Assembly: GCA_025210555.1 (NCBI GenBank)
Contig: JAOARL010000008.1
Coordinates: forward strand, 45,024 to 109,023
Length of the DNA: 64,000 nucleotides
Origin: Clostridia bacterium
GTDB taxonomy: Bacteria > Bacillota > Clostridia > Lachnospirales > JAOARL01
Reading direction: 5' to 3'
Shown here: positions 37,237 to 47,515 of the stretch, one piece after another
Layout of the letters: the number at the start of each line of letters is the position of its first letter
Position numbering within the stretch: position 1 is the stretch's first letter
Translations under genes and position numbers: made by a program
Notes under the pieces: model-generated
What the model was told of the DNA's origin: nothing
Seen by the model: the letters and a program-made list of their open reading frames with translations, nothing else
Databases searched by the model: none

Positions 37237-39141
37237 CTAACTTGTTTTTTCAATATCCCTTTGAACTTGTTTATTTCCACTATATCTTCTTTCAACATTT
37301 AATTCAATCTCATTTATTTTATCTGTTATTTCATGCTGCAATGGAGATATACCTTGTGACTTTACACATACATTATCTCCCTTAACTTTTATATCTCCTG
37401 TTATACTACTAAGATATATTACCTTTTCAATTGTAGCATCTGCTCTATTAATTAATTCAGCATTTTTTTCTTCTAAATCTTGTAATTCTTCACTACTATA
37501 GACATAAGTATTATCTTTTAAAATATCTGTTTTAATTATTTTAGCTACTTTACTTACGTAGATATTTTCATTTAGCCCTCTATAAATTTTGTTTTTTATT
37601 GAGCTTTGCTCTTCTATAACCTTATCATTTTTACCTTTTTCTTCTAAATTTGCATTTTTTTCAGCTTCTAAGCCTTTAATAATATGTCCTATTGATTTTA
37701 TATATTCGCACTTTATAAATTTATTCATTTCATCTTTATAAATATACAATTGACCATATATTCCAAGAGGTGATCTTTCTTCAGCTCTATCTCTTAACTC
37801 TGTTAGTATTTCTTCTCTTCTAATTTCATAAATTCCTATTATATGCTGATTATTTTCATCAACATAATCTGTTATATAATCCCCCAATATATTTTCTTGC
37901 ATCTTATTTATAACCTTACTAAATTCTTCTTTTTCTGTTTCATATATCCCCAAGCACACTTTAATTTCTAGAGCTCTATCACTAGGACTATATGAATTTG
38001 TTCCACACTTTTCTTTATATAGAAGAGCTAAATATTTTAATCTTCTCTCCTTTTCTTCTTTGCTTATATCATCTAAGTAATAATCTATACACGAATTAAC
38101 AAACTCTTTTGAAATAGGTAGATTCCCCATAAGTTCTATGTCATTTATTTCTTCCTCTGATAACTCTTTTCCCGTTTCTTTATTTAAAAATCTCAGTTTA
38201 TCCTTACCTATTTCTAACGTATACTTTTCCAGATGTACCATATCGCCATCTACTTCTAAAAGCTCTCTTTTCAAATTTTCTCTTTTTTGAACGAAAATCT
38301 CTCCCTGCTTTGTTTTAATAACATTATACTTTCCATTCACATATTCATTTTCTATATCTAGAAAATTAACTTCTTTGTTTATATAATGTCTCTTATATGA
38401 CTTCATATGTTGACTTAACTTTTGTCTTTCAACGCCTCTAACATCAATCAATAAATGCTTCATTATATCATCTATTTCATCCGTATACAGCATAAGATTT
38501 GATGATTGATTAAACAGATCTGTTATTTGCTTTGCACTTTCCATTCCTAGATCATTTGTTAAATATTCTCTTAGTTCATCTGAACTCATATTATTTTCAA
38601 CGATATCTTTTGCTATATTCTTGCCTGTTATACATTCTAATCCATATAAAAAACGTCCTCCTACGCTCTCTCCATTCTCATTATTTTTACCGTATTCTTG
38701 AGCTGCTAGTAAATTAATCGCCGACTTAATTACTAAATCATTTCTTTTAACCGACCCTATTCCTCCACTTAATCTTCCACGTATTATATTCATCTCATCT
38801 TTGTAACATTTAACTTTTAAATATGCATGAATTAATTCACCAAATATCTCATTATCTGAAACATCAATTCCCTTTTGAGACAAAGTTACTACAATTTTAT
38901 TTTCTGTATTTAAAAAAGTGGCCCAAGGATTATCTCTTGTATAATAACTACCTGCACTTATTTTCAAACTTCTCATAATTTCTAGTGTTTTTTCATCTTT
39001 TATATCAAACATGTTTATAAGTTTTTCTGTTGCAGAGTTTTTCTTGTTATTTACTGTATTTATATTCCTTATTGTTTCTTCTTTTTTGAATTTCGCTTTA
39101 AACTCTGCACTTAATATATGTCTTATATATTCTTTATCCAT
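37237..39141 (-). CDS. Large cytoplasmic paralog P1 of an HExxH family; the motif is degenerate here (GELIH)
   Basis: Start moved to ATG 39141 (AAGGAGG RBS). Shares FLYGLECITGKNIAKDIVEN, YINKEVNFLD and C-terminal IYRGL...VSKVAKIIKTDIL blocks with P2 and P3. Confidence 0.7.
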   Translation of the reverse strand: MDKEYIRHILSAEFKAKFKKEETIRNINTVNNKKNSATEKLINMFDIKDEKTLEIMRSLKISAGSYYTRDNPWATFLNTENKIVVTLSQKGIDVSDNEIFGELIHAYLKVKCYKDEMNIIRGRLSGGIGSVKRNDLVIKSAINLLAAQEYGKNNENGESVGGRFLYGLECITGKNIAKDIVENNMSSDELREYLTNDLGMESAKQITDLFNQSSNLMLYTDEIDDIMKHLLIDVRGVERQKLSQHMKSYKRHYINKEVNFLDIENEYVNGKYNVIKTKQGEIFVQKRENLKRELLEVDGDMVHLEKYTLEIGKDKLRFLNKETGKELSEEEINDIELMGNLPISKEFVNSCIDYYLDDISKEEKERRLKYLALLYKEKCGTNSYSPSDRALEIKVCLGIYETEKEEFSKVINKMQENILGDYITDYVDENNQHIIGIYEIRREEILTELRDRAEERSPLGIYGQLYIYKDEMNKFIKCEYIKSIGHIIKGLEAEKNANLEEKGKNDKVIEEQSSIKNKIYRGLNENIYVSKVAKIIKTDILKDNTYVYSSEELQDLEEKNAELINRADATIEKVIYLSSITGDIKVKGDNVCVKSQGISPLQHEITDKINEIELNVERRYSGNKQVQRDIEKTS

Positions 39142-39175
39142 AACAACCTCCTTATTTTTTAAAAAAGTTATTAAA

Positions 39176-39215
39176 ATTATATCAAATTCCAAAGATATTC
39201 GCAAGAATTTTCAGA
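39176..39215 (-). promoter_or_regulatory. Promoter TTGCGA-17-TATAAT with upstream TCTGAAAATT element
   Basis: -10 at 39176-39181, -35 at 39199-39204, TCTGAAAATT at 39206-39215 and AAAAAGCCAA at 39225-39234. Confidence 0.6.
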
Positions 39216-39294
39216 ATATTTAACTTGGCTTTTTATCCATACAAAAAGCACATCTAAAAACTAGTTTTAAAATGTACTTTTATATAAATTCATT

Positions 39295-39645
39295 TTATTT
39301 TCTTAGAATTTTATCCATTTCTTTTCCTTTAGCTAGTTCATCTATTAACTTATCAAGGTATCTTATCTCTCTCATTATAGAATCTTCTACTTCCTGAACT
39401 TTAACGCCACAAACTGATCCTGCTATTAAAGTTCTATTAGGGTTAGGATTTGGTGCTTCACTTATGAAGGTCTCAAAATCAACTTCTTTATCAAGCTGTG
39501 ATTTAAACTCCTCATTGCTATATCCTGTTAACCATAATATTATTTCATCAACTTCTGCTTTAGTTCTTCCCTTCTTTTCAGCTTTTGCTACATAGTTAGG
39601 ATAAACACTTACAAAACTCATTTTGTAGATTCTATTCACTGCCAT
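39295..39645 (-). CDS. DUF2200-family protein
   Basis: [35 protein letters not shown] matches my recollection of DUF2200. Confidence 0.6.
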   Translation of the reverse strand: MAVNRIYKMSFVSVYPNYVAKAEKKGRTKAEVDEIILWLTGYSNEEFKSQLDKEVDFETFISEAPNPNPNRTLIAGSVCGVKVQEVEDSIMREIRYLDKLIDELAKGKEMDKILRK

Positions 39646-39684
39646 AATAACACCTCCTATTTATATAATTATAACATAGGCGTA

Positions 39685-39717
39685 TAATAAATAAACTCTA
39701 CAAAAATGTAGAGTTTA
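39685..39717 (-). terminator. Rho-independent terminator after AlbA_2 paralog 2
   Basis: taaactctaca/tgtagagttta 11-bp stem with loop aaaa, followed by a T-rich tail. Confidence 0.65.
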
Positions 39718-39753
39718 CTTGTTTTTAGTCTTATTAGTTATATGTTTCGAGTA

Positions 39754-39797
39754 TTTTGCTTGCAGTTTGAGGTCACTTTGCGGTCATTTTGCGGTCA
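39754..39797 (-). repeat. Four tandem 11-bp repeats (consensus TGACCGCAAAN in gene orientation) starting at the stop codon
   Basis: tgaccgcaaaa/tgaccgcaaag/tgacctcaaac/tgcaagcaaaa. GC-rich for this genome. The first TGA is the stop of 39795..41132. Confidence 0.85.
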
Positions 39798-41132
39798 CCT
39801 CAAGCTATCTATTACATATTTAATACTTTTATTAACCCCAACTTTTACTATTATTTGCTTATCCATCAAACTTTTTAATATATTTTTTGCTCTAGTATTT
39901 TTTACGTCTAATAAACTTTCTACCTCTTTCCTAGTTATGCTTTCATGCTCTATTATATACTTATATATAATAACTTCTTGATCTGTTAACCCCTTAGGTA
40001 TATCAAATACATTAGTAATAGTTATTGTTTCTTCTCTTTTTACTGGTTGATAGTAATTGGTATTATAAAGAGTGGCTCTAACATAGTTTTTTCCTGTATC
40101 AAATTCTGGTTTATTATCAAACTTATCGTATGCTTCTTTTATTCTTAAGATCCCGGTTCCATAATGCTCTATATACTCTAGTATATGAAGTATTCTCATT
40201 ATTATAGGATTTCTATAAGAAGTTATACCATTTAACATATCATCTTTTGTCATACCTTTCTTAAGACCACCCATCGACGTTATTTCAACCCTATCATCAA
40301 AGAACTCTAATCTAGTGGATCCATTCATATAATAATCTTTATGTATAACTCCATTTATTAAAGCTTCCCTAATAGAATCACCTGGATAATCTTGTTGGTC
40401 TATTCTCTGAGGATTGCTTGTTATAACTCCACGAGTCATATTGTGATATTTAGCATACAATAGTGCCTTATCTAAGCTTTCTAAAAGACTACCTTCACAT
40501 ATTTCTCTGTCTCTGAATATTACCTTAGTTAAGCCTTCATATGTAGCACATTTTAAGTCATATGTATTTTGATCTGAGAACAAATATCCCGCAAAGTTGT
40601 ATTCTCCATCATCATTTTTTAGTCCTAATACATCAAACTTATAATCCATGTTTTTATCCCTAAATTTTTTCTCAAGATAGTTAAATGTAAGCTTTTGCTC
40701 TCTGGATTTTATACTTTCATAACTAATGCCACTACTATCAAATATCATCCTTCTTATTAATTCTCTAGATGCTTGTTTCTTAGTTGTTCCTATCCTCACG
40801 TATACACCATCTGAAGATAGACCTTTACTTCTAATAGCATAAGGTTTATCTTCACCTTCAAGTATTTTAATAACTATTATCTCTTTACCTTCTATTCTTA
40901 AGTTTTCAATATTTATACTACTCATTAAATCCGGATCAATAGAATCTGTTATTATATTAGAAACTTTCTGTGAAACTAAGTCTGGTTTACTAACACCTAT
41001 TACTTTCCCGTTATCATCTATACCAATGTAAATTTTGCCACCATTAGTATTAGCAAAAGCTATTATTTCTTTTGCTAAATCATCAGTCACTTCTCTTTTA
41101 AGCTCTAAATATTCACTTTCCTTAAACTCCAT
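39795..41132 (-). CDS. AlbA_2/Schlafen-like + ATPase-like + wHTH protein (paralog 2)
   Basis: MEFKESEYLELKREVTDDLAKEIIAFANTNGGKIYIGIDDNGKVIG. Collinear with 3295..4638. Confidence 0.7.
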   Translation of the reverse strand: MEFKESEYLELKREVTDDLAKEIIAFANTNGGKIYIGIDDNGKVIGVSKPDLVSQKVSNIITDSIDPDLMSSINIENLRIEGKEIIVIKILEGEDKPYAIRSKGLSSDGVYVRIGTTKKQASRELIRRMIFDSSGISYESIKSREQKLTFNYLEKKFRDKNMDYKFDVLGLKNDDGEYNFAGYLFSDQNTYDLKCATYEGLTKVIFRDREICEGSLLESLDKALLYAKYHNMTRGVITSNPQRIDQQDYPGDSIREALINGVIHKDYYMNGSTRLEFFDDRVEITSMGGLKKGMTKDDMLNGITSYRNPIIMRILHILEYIEHYGTGILRIKEAYDKFDNKPEFDTGKNYVRATLYNTNYYQPVKREETITITNVFDIPKGLTDQEVIIYKYIIEHESITRKEVESLLDVKNTRAKNILKSLMDKQIIVKVGVNKSIKYVIDSLR

Positions 41133-41299
41133 ATTAAACTCCCTTATTTTATTAGTAGCTACTAAGGTAATTATACATAGAGAGATAACTTATACCTAAT
41201 TTTCACAAATATTTTTTCTTAAGTGTCTTATTTTTATAATAATGTAAAAAAAGAAAGCGTTTTATTATTAAATATAACACTTTCAATATTTGCATATTT

Positions 41300-42022
41300 T
41301 TATGCATCTTGCATAGTATCTGTTATTATAATTTCTCTCAGTGATACTGCTTGTGGTAAATCATACGCATACTTAATTGTCTTAGCTATGTCATTAGCTT
41401 TGATGTTTGTAGCGCCAATTGATTCTTTCCACTCATTGTATCCATCAATTATGCTTTGATTAGTAGTATGTCCAAGAAGTCCTGTGCTAACTGCACCTGG
41501 ACATATAGATAACACTCTCACGTTATATGATGATAACTCTCCTCTTACAACTTCAGTAAGTCCTGTTACTCCATACTTGCTTGCACAATATGCTGCATGA
41601 TTAGGGAATGCCTTTAGTCCTGCTATAGATGAAAGGTTTATAATTGTTCCTGTTCTTCTCTCTTTCATATCTTCCATAACAATTTGCATACCATTCATAA
41701 CACCTAATACATTAACATCTAACATCTTTTTCCATTCTACTGGATCTTGGTTAGCTAAATCTCCTAAAAGCATTATTCCAGCGTTATTAACAATTAAATC
41801 AGCCTTACCATACTTCTCCTCTGCTTCCCTAACTGCACTTTCAAATTCTTCCCTATTTGTTACATCAACTTTTTTACAAATAGCACTCTCAATATTTAAA
41901 GCTTCCATAGGTTCTACTTCTCTTGCAAGAAGAAGCATAGGATATCCTTCTTTCCCAAATTCTTTTGCAAGTTCCATTCCAAACCCTGAACTTGCTCCTG
42001 TTATTACTATTAATTTTTTCAT
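41300..42022 (-). CDS. Short-chain dehydrogenase/reductase (SDR)
   Basis: TGASSGFG, NNAG and the YCASK (Y-x3-K) motif. Confidence 0.85.
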   Translation of the reverse strand: MKKLIVITGASSGFGMELAKEFGKEGYPMLLLAREVEPMEALNIESAICKKVDVTNREEFESAVREAEEKYGKADLIVNNAGIMLLGDLANQDPVEWKKMLDVNVLGVMNGMQIVMEDMKERRTGTIINLSSIAGLKAFPNHAAYCASKYGVTGLTEVVRGELSSYNVRVLSICPGAVSTGLLGHTTNQSIIDGYNEWKESIGATNIKANDIAKTIKYAYDLPQAVSLREIIITDTMQDA

Positions 42023-42053
42023 ATTAATTCCTCCCTTTTTTTAATTCTTTTAT

Positions 42054-42084
42054 ACTATAAACCCTAGAGTTAACTCTAAGTCAA
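42054..42084 (-). promoter_or_regulatory. MerR-type promoter (TTGACT-19-TATAGT) with palindromic operator TAGAGTTAACTCTA
   Basis: -35 at 42079-42084, a 19-nt spacer containing the perfect palindrome 42065-42078, and -10 at 42054-42059. Confidence 0.7.
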
Positions 42085-42112
42085 ATTTATTTAATAAAAA
42101 AACAGGAAAGTT

Positions 42113-42478
42113 TTAACACTCTCCTGTTCCCTCATAAAAATCAATCTTTTTATCTATCTTCTTAAGACTATTTTTAAGTTCTTTTATTTGATTTTCTATT
42201 GTTTTTCTATGTCCTTTTAGTATCTCTTTTCTTTCCTCAATAGTAGCATCACCAATCTGACTTAATCTTACTATCTCTTTTATATCTTTAACTGGCATAT
42301 CTGTATTTTTAAAACATGTAACTAGATCTAACCAATAAAGGTTATCGTCATTAAACATTCTCACACCATTTTCATCTCTATCTATTGGTGGTAATATTCC
42401 TTCCTTTTCATAATACCTTATGGTATAAGCACTAATACCTGTTATTTTTTCTACTTCTTTAATTTTATATTTCATCAT
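42113..42478 (-). CDS. MerR-family transcriptional regulator (121 aa)
   Basis: HTH IKEVEKITGISAYTIRYYEKEGIL followed by a C-terminal coiled coil. Confidence 0.85.
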   Translation of the reverse strand: MMKYKIKEVEKITGISAYTIRYYEKEGILPPIDRDENGVRMFNDDNLYWLDLVTCFKNTDMPVKDIKEIVRLSQIGDATIEERKEILKGHRKTIENQIKELKNSLKKIDKKIDFYEGTGEC

Positions 42479-43291
42479 TTACCTCCTTAGCTATCTCATA
42501 GTCAACTAACTTCACGAATCCATCCTTAGCTGCAATAATCATCTTATTAAGATCTACTATAGACCCTATCTTATGACTATGATTTTCTTTCCAAGTTTTG
42601 ACTTCTCTTATCCAAATTTCCTTACCCTCTATATAAGCAACTGTTTCAAAATTACCAAAAGCTCTAACTACCTTATCAATATCTTTAACACTCATGTTAA
42701 AATTTATAGTCCAATCTTCATCTGTTAAACTTGGCCAATAACTTCCTTTCCCTTGAGGAATCCTTACAACATTTTCCGCACCCATATCTATTACTTCTTT
42801 AAGCAACTCCAATGCTTCTTTTCTTATCTTAGTTGTTAGAGTTTGTATAGTCTCGTCTCTACTAACAGTAAATTTATTTCTTACTAGTATATCACCTGTG
42901 TCAAATTCTTTATCTAACTTATGTATTGTAACACCTGATTCTTTTAATTCTTTTAATATTATGTGTGGAAGTGGCCATACTCCTCTGCCTTCTGGTAAAT
43001 ATGTAGGATGAATGTTTATTCCTTCTACATATCCAACTGGTATCCTATATGGATATGCAGCTGATATAATAATGTCACATCCGCTATCTTTAAGACCTTG
43101 ATATCTTCTTCTGTAACTTTCCTCTTTACTATTTCAATATTATTTTCATTAGCTAGTTCTATAACTCTAGTATTAAAGTTATACTCATTATCGCAATCAA
43201 AAGTGAATAGCCACTTAATCTCATGCTCTGTGCCTATTAAATATTCTAAACAATTATCAAAAAAGTCATATCCAAAGTATGCAATCTTCAT
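42465..43291 (-). pseudogene. Formyltransferase-family (Fmt-like) gene interrupted by a -1 frameshift
   Basis: The N-terminal ORF 43025..43291 (MKIAYFGYDFF...) and frame-shifted SGCDIIISAAYPYRIPVGYVEGINIHPTYLPEGRGVWPLPH...MELLKEV (to 42465) join if one base is restored in the A/T run at 43089-43091. Confidence 0.7.
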
Positions 43292-43334
43292 TCTCTTCCT
43301 CCATATTAAATACTATAGTAATTTTAACATAAAA

Positions 43335-43356
43335 ATAGCTTGCATATGCAAGCTAT
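43335..43356 (-). terminator. Rho-independent terminator after P2
   Basis: Perfect palindrome atagcttgcatatgcaagctat followed by a T-run on the minus strand. Confidence 0.75.
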
Positions 43357-43382
43357 TTAATAATTATATATTTACTTTAATA

Positions 43383-45203
43383 TTAACTTACTAAAGAGTC
43401 TTCAAATAATTTTTCCTCTTCTTCTATCATGAATCTGCCTTCCTCTTCTATCTCAATGTTATAAGCCGTTTGTGGTAAGTTAACATTAGTTGTTTCCAAT
43501 TTTTCTAACATAAGTTCCATACAGACTTCTGCATCCTTATTTATACTTAAAATTAATCTACTCTCATTATATTTTCTCTCAACTTCATTGATTTCATCTA
43601 CTGATAGAGGTTTATCGTTTTTCATTATTTTTCCACTCACAAATCCAAGCATTTTACCCAATATAGGAACCTCTAATATTTTTCTATAGACAAATCCACT
43701 AGGTGACCAGTAATTGTCTATAATTGGCTTTAACTCTTCTCTTTCTTTTTGTTTTCTATCATTTTCAATTTTCATACGTTCTCTTTTATCACATACTTCG
43801 GTAGTTATATTATTTTTTAATAATTTAATAACTCTCTCTTCTTCATATTTCATATAACTTAAAGTATCCATCCCCAAAGTTCTTGCATTTTTTATAATTA
43901 TATCTACAACTTTTTCATTTTCACTTAATATTTCACTGTATATTAATGAATCTGCAAACTCCATATCATCCATTAGTTCATACCCAGTAAGTTGATGTGC
44001 TATATCTGTTACATTTTTTCTAACTTTTACTTCTTCACATTTTATACCTCTAAGCTTAGTATCTATTTTCTTATATATATTCTCATTTAATAATGCCTCT
44101 GCTGATTCAGTATCTAAAATGCTTATTAATTGATTTCTATATTCCCTATCTGACTCATCTTTGTTTTCTAAATATTTTTCTACTAAAGTCTCGCTAATTT
44201 TATATCTATCTGTTTTGCTTTTTATTTCTAAAATTTGCTTTTCTAAAACCTCAGTAGATGTAAGTTGCTTTCCTGTTTCTTTAAAATAATAGCACCAATC
44301 CCCATCTTTAAAACTAATTAAATAATCTCCATCTACAATCTTGCCTTCATTAATTTCTAATTTAATATTTTTTGTTGAATTAGATTTATAATATACAACT
44401 TTGCCCTCTGCGTCTTCAACAGCGGTTAAGCCATCCTCAGATTTTGACAAAACTTTAGATGTCAAAAAGTTCTGCTCCTTGTCAAAGTATGTATTTTCAA
44501 GTACATCTAATTTACCTTCAATCTCTTCATCCTTAATTCCTTTGTCCTTTAACATATTCACAAGAATTTTTGTTGATTCTTTCATATACTTTTCACTATC
44601 ATTATATCCCATACCTAAAACTGCTGTAGCTTTTTCAGCTATTGATTCGCCCAGTTTTTTACTCAAAATGACTCTAATGTCATCTAACTCTAAGCTATTT
44701 TTAATAATATCTCTTGATATATTATAACCAGTAATACATTCTAATCCTCTTAAAAATTTAACACCCGGTCTATATTTAACTAATTGCATATCCGTTGATA
44801 ACAATTTTGATGCTCCAAGTTCTACTGCTGCTTCTACCATATTATTTTTTTCAAAAGAATATGGTTTTCTTTTACCTAAAGAAACTTCTATATAGTCCAT
44901 GTATCCATGTAATGTCTCATGAGCTACACTTTCTTTTTCTACTGAATATATTCCTTTCATCTGCTCTAATACAATTTCTTTGTTAAGATAATACATTTCT
45001 GTTCCTGCAAACTTTAATGATGGAAACTTTGAAACTATACATTTTATATCTCTTAAAAATTTTATAGCAAATTCATCATCTATATCATATTCATCAATAA
45101 TTTTTTCTACGCTAGTATCTTTAAATGTCTTCAGCTCTTTTTCTGCTTCAGATTTCATTTTCTCAACATAATCTTTACTAAGAATATATTTTATATCAGT
45201 CAT
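43383..45203 (-). CDS. Large cytoplasmic HExxH paralog P2 (putative Zn-metallopeptidase-like)
   Basis: ATG 45203 is preferred (AAGGGG 8 nt upstream); the track uses GTG 45212. HETLH is encoded at 44921-44907. FLRGLECITGYNISRDIIKN. Confidence 0.7.
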   Translation of the reverse strand: MTDIKYILSKDYVEKMKSEAEKELKTFKDTSVEKIIDEYDIDDEFAIKFLRDIKCIVSKFPSLKFAGTEMYYLNKEIVLEQMKGIYSVEKESVAHETLHGYMDYIEVSLGKRKPYSFEKNNMVEAAVELGASKLLSTDMQLVKYRPGVKFLRGLECITGYNISRDIIKNSLELDDIRVILSKKLGESIAEKATAVLGMGYNDSEKYMKESTKILVNMLKDKGIKDEEIEGKLDVLENTYFDKEQNFLTSKVLSKSEDGLTAVEDAEGKVVYYKSNSTKNIKLEINEGKIVDGDYLISFKDGDWCYYFKETGKQLTSTEVLEKQILEIKSKTDRYKISETLVEKYLENKDESDREYRNQLISILDTESAEALLNENIYKKIDTKLRGIKCEEVKVRKNVTDIAHQLTGYELMDDMEFADSLIYSEILSENEKVVDIIIKNARTLGMDTLSYMKYEEERVIKLLKNNITTEVCDKRERMKIENDRKQKEREELKPIIDNYWSPSGFVYRKILEVPILGKMLGFVSGKIMKNDKPLSVDEINEVERKYNESRLILSINKDAEVCMELMLEKLETTNVNLPQTAYNIEIEEEGRFMIEEEEKLFEDSLVS

Positions 45204-45241
45204 TAGCTCCACCCCTTACTTTATTATCTTCAATAACAATG

Positions 45242-45281
45242 ATTATATCAAATTTTAGATTGTTTTTCAATAATTTTCAGA
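45242..45281 (-). promoter_or_regulatory. Promoter TTGAAA-17-TATAAT with upstream TCTGAAAATT element
   Basis: -10 at 45242-45247, -35 at 45265-45270 and TCTGAAAATT at 45272-45281. Confidence 0.6.
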
Positions 45282-45295
45282 TAATTCGCACATTT

Positions 45296-45691
45296 TTATC
45301 GATGGTTCCAAATACGAAGATTTCCTTTTGCCTCTATTGGATTTTTAAGCACCTCTATATTCGCTAATACCCATGCATATCTGCCTTCACTATAACCACC
45401 ACATAAATACTCTTGTTCATTCTTTTTAATTTCTTCAATAAATTTTTCATCCATATATACACAATCAACTAAATTACATTTGCAAATTATCTTGCCATAT
45501 CCCATTTCATCATTAGGTATGAGCTCTAGCAACTTATCCATTGCAGGATATTTCATATCTATTTTCTTTTTACTTGCGTGTATATATAACTCTCCTCTAT
45601 ATGATGTCTTCCAACTTCTAGTCTCTATAAACTTCTTCTTTTTAGCTATAAGTGTTGCCCATGGTTCTATTATTGTTAATACCTTCAACAT
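45296..45691 (-). CDS. ASCH-domain protein
   Basis: LTIIEPWATLIAKKKKFIETRSW...GELYIHASKK is a typical ASCH/PUA-like N-terminus. Confidence 0.65.
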   Translation of the reverse strand: MLKVLTIIEPWATLIAKKKKFIETRSWKTSYRGELYIHASKKKIDMKYPAMDKLLELIPNDEMGYGKIICKCNLVDCVYMDEKFIEEIKKNEQEYLCGGYSEGRYAWVLANIEVLKNPIEAKGNLRIWNHR

Positions 45692-45936
45692 TCATACTCC
45701 CTTAACAAATTTATAGTATTTCTCACTTGTCGCCTATCACTCTCTTTTTCTTTCTCAGTTAGTTCATTATAACTAGTTTCTATTTGTCTTTCCCATCTTT
45801 CTACTAGTTCTTTTGGAATTGTCAAACTTCCATCTTCATTCTTAACACACTTGCTATGTAGATATTTTTGCCATTTGGACCATCTTGAATGTTCTAAATC
45901 TGCAAGTTTTTCTAAGATTAAATCATCAAACTTCAT
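45685..45936 (-). CDS. Hypothetical 83-aa protein
   Basis: Overlaps both neighbouring genes. LADLEHSRWSKWQKYL motif. No confident family. Confidence 0.5.
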   Translation of the reverse strand: MKFDDLILEKLADLEHSRWSKWQKYLHSKCVKNEDGSLTIPKELVERWERQIETSYNELTEKEKESDRRQVRNTINLLREYEC

Positions 45937-46864
45937 TTGATACCTCTTTTATTTTTTCAAATATGGCAACATTTCCACTGTAACTAACTGGTGATATAGG
46001 TGACGGATGATATATAGGTATAACCTTGTATTTAATATCATTTATATTCAGTTCATGTTCTACTCCTACGACTTCTCCAAACTTTTTATATTTTACGTCT
46101 TTAAGTAAACTCTTAGTTGCAGTATCTCCAAGCGGAACTATAACTTTAGGCTTCAATATCTTTATTTGATCTAATAAATAATCATAACAGTTGTCTTTAC
46201 ACCTTTTAAGATTACTCCTATTAGGTGGAAAGCACTTTATAGCTTCTACAAATGAAATATCCTCTAAGTTTCTATTAATGTCATTAAGAAGTTTCTCTAA
46301 AATTCTTCCTGTACCAGTTATTTTTCCATTATCCCCATACCAACACTTACCACTCTTTCTCCATCCATTATTAGCTGGTGCCTCTCCAACTAACAATATG
46401 TCTGTATCTCTCCCATAATATATAGTCGTATGATGTGTAAAGTTTTCTACCATACTTCCGCATCTGTTACAATTCATAACACCTTTATCTACTTTATCCA
46501 TCTTATTTAAAAATAGTTTTACTCTTTCACTTAGAATTTCATATCTCTTCTTAGTATTTTCATTTTTTAATAAGTCAGCTTTAGTCTTGATTTTAGTAAG
46601 TTCATATATAGGACTATAATTATACTGCTCAATAGTTAAGTCAATTATATTCTCATCTACTTCATTAAAATAATGAGCATCTTCTTCATCTTTAACTACT
46701 GCTTTTATAATATTTCCACCTATATAATCATTTACTACCATACTAGTTATAGCACAGTGTCCCAATTCTTTATTATTTTCATTCCATCTATCTAATACTC
46801 CGTCATAACACGTTTTTTCATCCCAAGAGTTATAACAAGCACATCTTAATTTGTTTATATCCAT
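45926..46864 (-). CDS. Fusion: N-terminal YunG-like(?) domain + C-terminal uracil-DNA-glycosylase-superfamily (family-4-like) domain
   Basis: LLVGEAPANNG (GEAP motif), FVEAIKCFPPNRSNLKRC and IYHPSPISP (HPS motif). The N-terminal assignment (GHCAITSMVVNDYIGG...HYFN...IDLTIEQY) is from memory only. Confidence 0.65.
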   Translation of the reverse strand: MDINKLRCACYNSWDEKTCYDGVLDRWNENNKELGHCAITSMVVNDYIGGNIIKAVVKDEEDAHYFNEVDENIIDLTIEQYNYSPIYELTKIKTKADLLKNENTKKRYEILSERVKLFLNKMDKVDKGVMNCNRCGSMVENFTHHTTIYYGRDTDILLVGEAPANNGWRKSGKCWYGDNGKITGTGRILEKLLNDINRNLEDISFVEAIKCFPPNRSNLKRCKDNCYDYLLDQIKILKPKVIVPLGDTATKSLLKDVKYKKFGEVVGVEHELNINDIKYKVIPIYHPSPISPVSYSGNVAIFEKIKEVSNEV

Positions 46865-46873
46865 ATTCTCTCC

Positions 46874-47503
46874 CTAATACTTATATTCTATTCTAACATC
46901 TTTACCCAAGTGTTTACTTAAAATATCTATAGCTTTATTGACTTTAATATATATCTTATGATCTTCAATTGCTTCAACATCATCTTTATTACTTATAAAA
47001 ACACCAACTATTATTCCCTCATCTATTTTATCTATTACTACATCATCTATCTTTTCATATATTTTATTACTATATCTCTTTGTATAATCATCAATTAACC
47101 TTTTCTTTGAAAAATCCATCTTATCTGCAAATATTAATAACTTTGACAAAAAATCCTTGCTATCATTCTCTTCATTAACTCCATGGTTAGCTATTATTCT
47201 AACAATCTCATCAATACGATTATTATCTAATGAATCTCCTAAAAGCTCTCTTATTAACGCCTCTCCAGCAACTGCATGATTATCTCTATCAGTTAATCTC
47301 CCAACATCATGAAGAACTGATGCAATTAGTAGATTTTCTTTGTCTACTTCCTCTAACTCAAACATTTTTACGAGTTTTTCCACGTTACTTACTACTGTAT
47401 TTATATGCTTCATCCCATGGCTTATAGGATAAGGGTTATCCTCGTCTATAGTTTTATAGATCTCTATAACCCTTTCATCATTTAACAAATCTATATAATT
47501 CAT
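46874..47503 (-). CDS. HD-domain phosphohydrolase
   Basis: HGMKHI...LHDVGR...DNHAVAG. Confidence 0.7.
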   Translation of the reverse strand: MNYIDLLNDERVIEIYKTIDEDNPYPISHGMKHINTVVSNVEKLVKMFELEEVDKENLLIASVLHDVGRLTDRDNHAVAGEALIRELLGDSLDNNRIDEIVRIIANHGVNEENDSKDFLSKLLIFADKMDFSKKRLIDDYTKRYSNKIYEKIDDVVIDKIDEGIIVGVFISNKDDVEAIEDHKIYIKVNKAIDILSKHLGKDVRIEYKY

Positions 47504-47515
47504 TTAATCACCTAC

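Noticed and set aside
3482-39797. Short tandem repeats (3482-3529, 10156-10265, 29853-29900, 39754-39797) considered as CRISPR arrays
   Set aside because: The units are 11-42 bp and directly abutting with no unique spacers. Three of the four are in-frame coding repeats. No cas genes are present.
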